NCBI GenBank assembly: GCA_030704615.1
Contig: CM060731.1
Span: 1,054,001 to 1,118,000, forward strand
Length of the DNA stretch: 64,000 bases
Origin: Takakia lepidozioides
Taxonomy: Eukaryota > Plantae > Bryophyta
Reading direction: 5' to 3'
This document shows positions 62,292-64,000 of this stretch, in pieces. The notes under the pieces were generated by a model. The model saw nothing but the letters and a program-made list of their open reading frames with translations, had not been told where the DNA came from and searched no databases. The position numbers were made by a program, and so were the translations under genes. Each line of letters begins with the position of its first letter. Position 1 is the stretch's first letter.

Positions 62292-63274
62292 TGTTAGAGG
62301 GCTGTCTGGGACTTAGACAGTTTTACGGGTTCTGTGAGGTACCCTTAATTTTTGCGCACACTTACGGATGGTAGACTTAGACCAACAGAGGCCTTAGGGG
62401 TGACAGGCAGGCTTACACACTCAGTCACAGTCTTACACAGTCATACACAGCCTATCACAGTCTATCACAACCGAACACAGCTTGTCACAGCCGGACACAA
62501 CTTAACAGCCTATCACAGTCTATCAAAGCCAGTCACAGGCCGAAAACAGTCCGACACAGCCAGTCACAGTTCGGCAAAGTCACAGCCCGACACAGCTTGG
62601 CACAACCAGTCACAGCATATATATGGAACGGTTATCATTGGTAGGGAACGACTGTGTGGGAATGACATCTGCAGAAGGAACGTGCTTATTTCTTGGGGGA
62701 CAGTTAGTTAGTTAGGCGGTTAGAACAGCTTGCAGATAGATTAGGTAGAGCAGCAACACGGAGGAGACACTTCGATCGGAGAGGACACGGGTGGGCATCA
62801 GGACTTGGCCTTGAGGGAGAAAGAACGATCTGGAGCTGAGGAAGGAAGAGCGCAGTGGAGGAGGAAACCCGATCTGTTGGTGCTTGATTCATGCAAGCTG
62901 TAGAGATATACTGTAGAACAGATTGGGACATGGCTTCGCCTGGACGGCCTGATACTTGATAGAACTTAATCTGATACATATTCGATATACTCACACTGTG
63001 TAGAGAGACCGGAGTGAAGCTGTGGAATGAATGGATGAGTGATTGGAACCTGATAGATTGTTGAAGCAATCTGATGCTTAAATATAAACAGTAAGGTAAG
63101 TTGCTGACATGAAGGCAAGAAGGAATACAAACAGGAAACACTTTCATGATACACTAGCTGTAGGTCATGATTGATTGTTCTGAGCGGGCTGAGTGCTTAG
63201 AGATATCCAACTCTTCTATCTTGGAGTTCCCAACTCGGATAGCGAAGGGATGGGTGAGTAAAAGCCGCTCGACA
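62292..63274 (+). mobile_element. solo LTR of family B
   Basis: TGTTAGAGG...GCTCGACA flanked by the 5-bp TSD ATGTA (62287-62291 and 63275-63279). Confidence 0.93.
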
Positions 63275-63399
63275 ATGTAGTCGTTGATAAAATGTCGGAC
63301 CAACCGACAACTGGCATACCTTCGGGGAAATCCCAACTGCGGGTATAGGTGCCATCCGCGGAAATGGGTACAGCTACTTTTGTAAAAATCCCTGAGGCA

Positions 63400-63841
63400 G
63401 CCTCCGCTCACGTGAGCACTACTCCCTCACGTTAGGCACACAATTTAAAGAAGCCCTAAATGATCCAGGATGCTTAGACCTCATTTACCAAGGACTCCTT
63501 AAATTCCTCGCCCTAAAATACAATGGCCTCTATTCATTGTCATCACTCCACCCACAGGCCTGCCTGCACTCCTCTACTGCATGCACGCTACTTCGATGCC
63601 AATGAAAAGTAACATACAAACCGACCAACCGGACTTCCCTAACACATCGTCACCTTTAGAACGTGCATGGCTCACAAGCCATTTTCTGACGAAGTTCAAA
63701 CTCTCCCACCCTAAACAAAAAATACCCATCCTTATTTTTTCAAAAGAACGTTGTGTTACCACCCTTACCCAACTCATCACCGCCACAGGTCGCCAACTCA
63801 TAAAACCAAGCGAATTTACCTCCCTTTACGCTATTGCGTAG
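63400..63841 (+). mobile_element. probable LINE ORF2 fragment (post-RT region)
   Basis: LGTQFKEALNDPGCLDLIYQGLLKFL...; C/A-rich coding strand like the other LINE pieces. Confidence 0.4.
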
Positions 63842-64000
63842 TAAGTAGGCAAGAGTCGTGAATAATTTGTGCAATAATTGGGGCTGATACGATAATTGGG
63901 GCAGTGGCCTGAGTTGTCTGAAGCCGTTTTATCTCATCAATTAGGCAGCAATGCATTATTTCAGCCCATGCTACTTCCTCTCTCAAGGCCTTCAAACTTC

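Overview
Eukaryotic, intron-containing, transposon-dense plant DNA. Abundant degenerate PLS-type PPR repeats suggest a non-seed land plant such as a hornwort, lycophyte or fern (inference only). The only clear host gene is the 3' end of an ABHD18-like hydrolase (177-1034). The rest is nested mobile DNA. (i) 3.6-9.4 kb: three FCP1/NIF-like HAD domains arranged as separate phase-0 exon cassettes, with a dispersed CG-rich palindrome; a fourth such remnant lies at ~59.3 kb. (ii) 9974-24802: a hAT element with both ends intact (8-bp TSD CTATACAA, 11-bp TIRs, ~50-bp-period palindrome arrays), a broken BED/DUF659 transposase and a convergent accessory ORF; two chromoviral Ty3/Gypsy copies interrupt it. 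(iii) A second, diverged arm with the same array-TATA-accessory ORF layout at 50.5-52.3 kb. (iv) A Tat/Ogre-like Gypsy family (two partial copies and a solo LTR with TSD ATGTA) carrying an extra ORF upstream of gag that shows purifying selection. (v) LINE, SINE-like, Gag, integrase and PPR relics, and a fragment resembling the OAS C-terminal domain. All family calls come from motif recognition by eye; no database searches were run.
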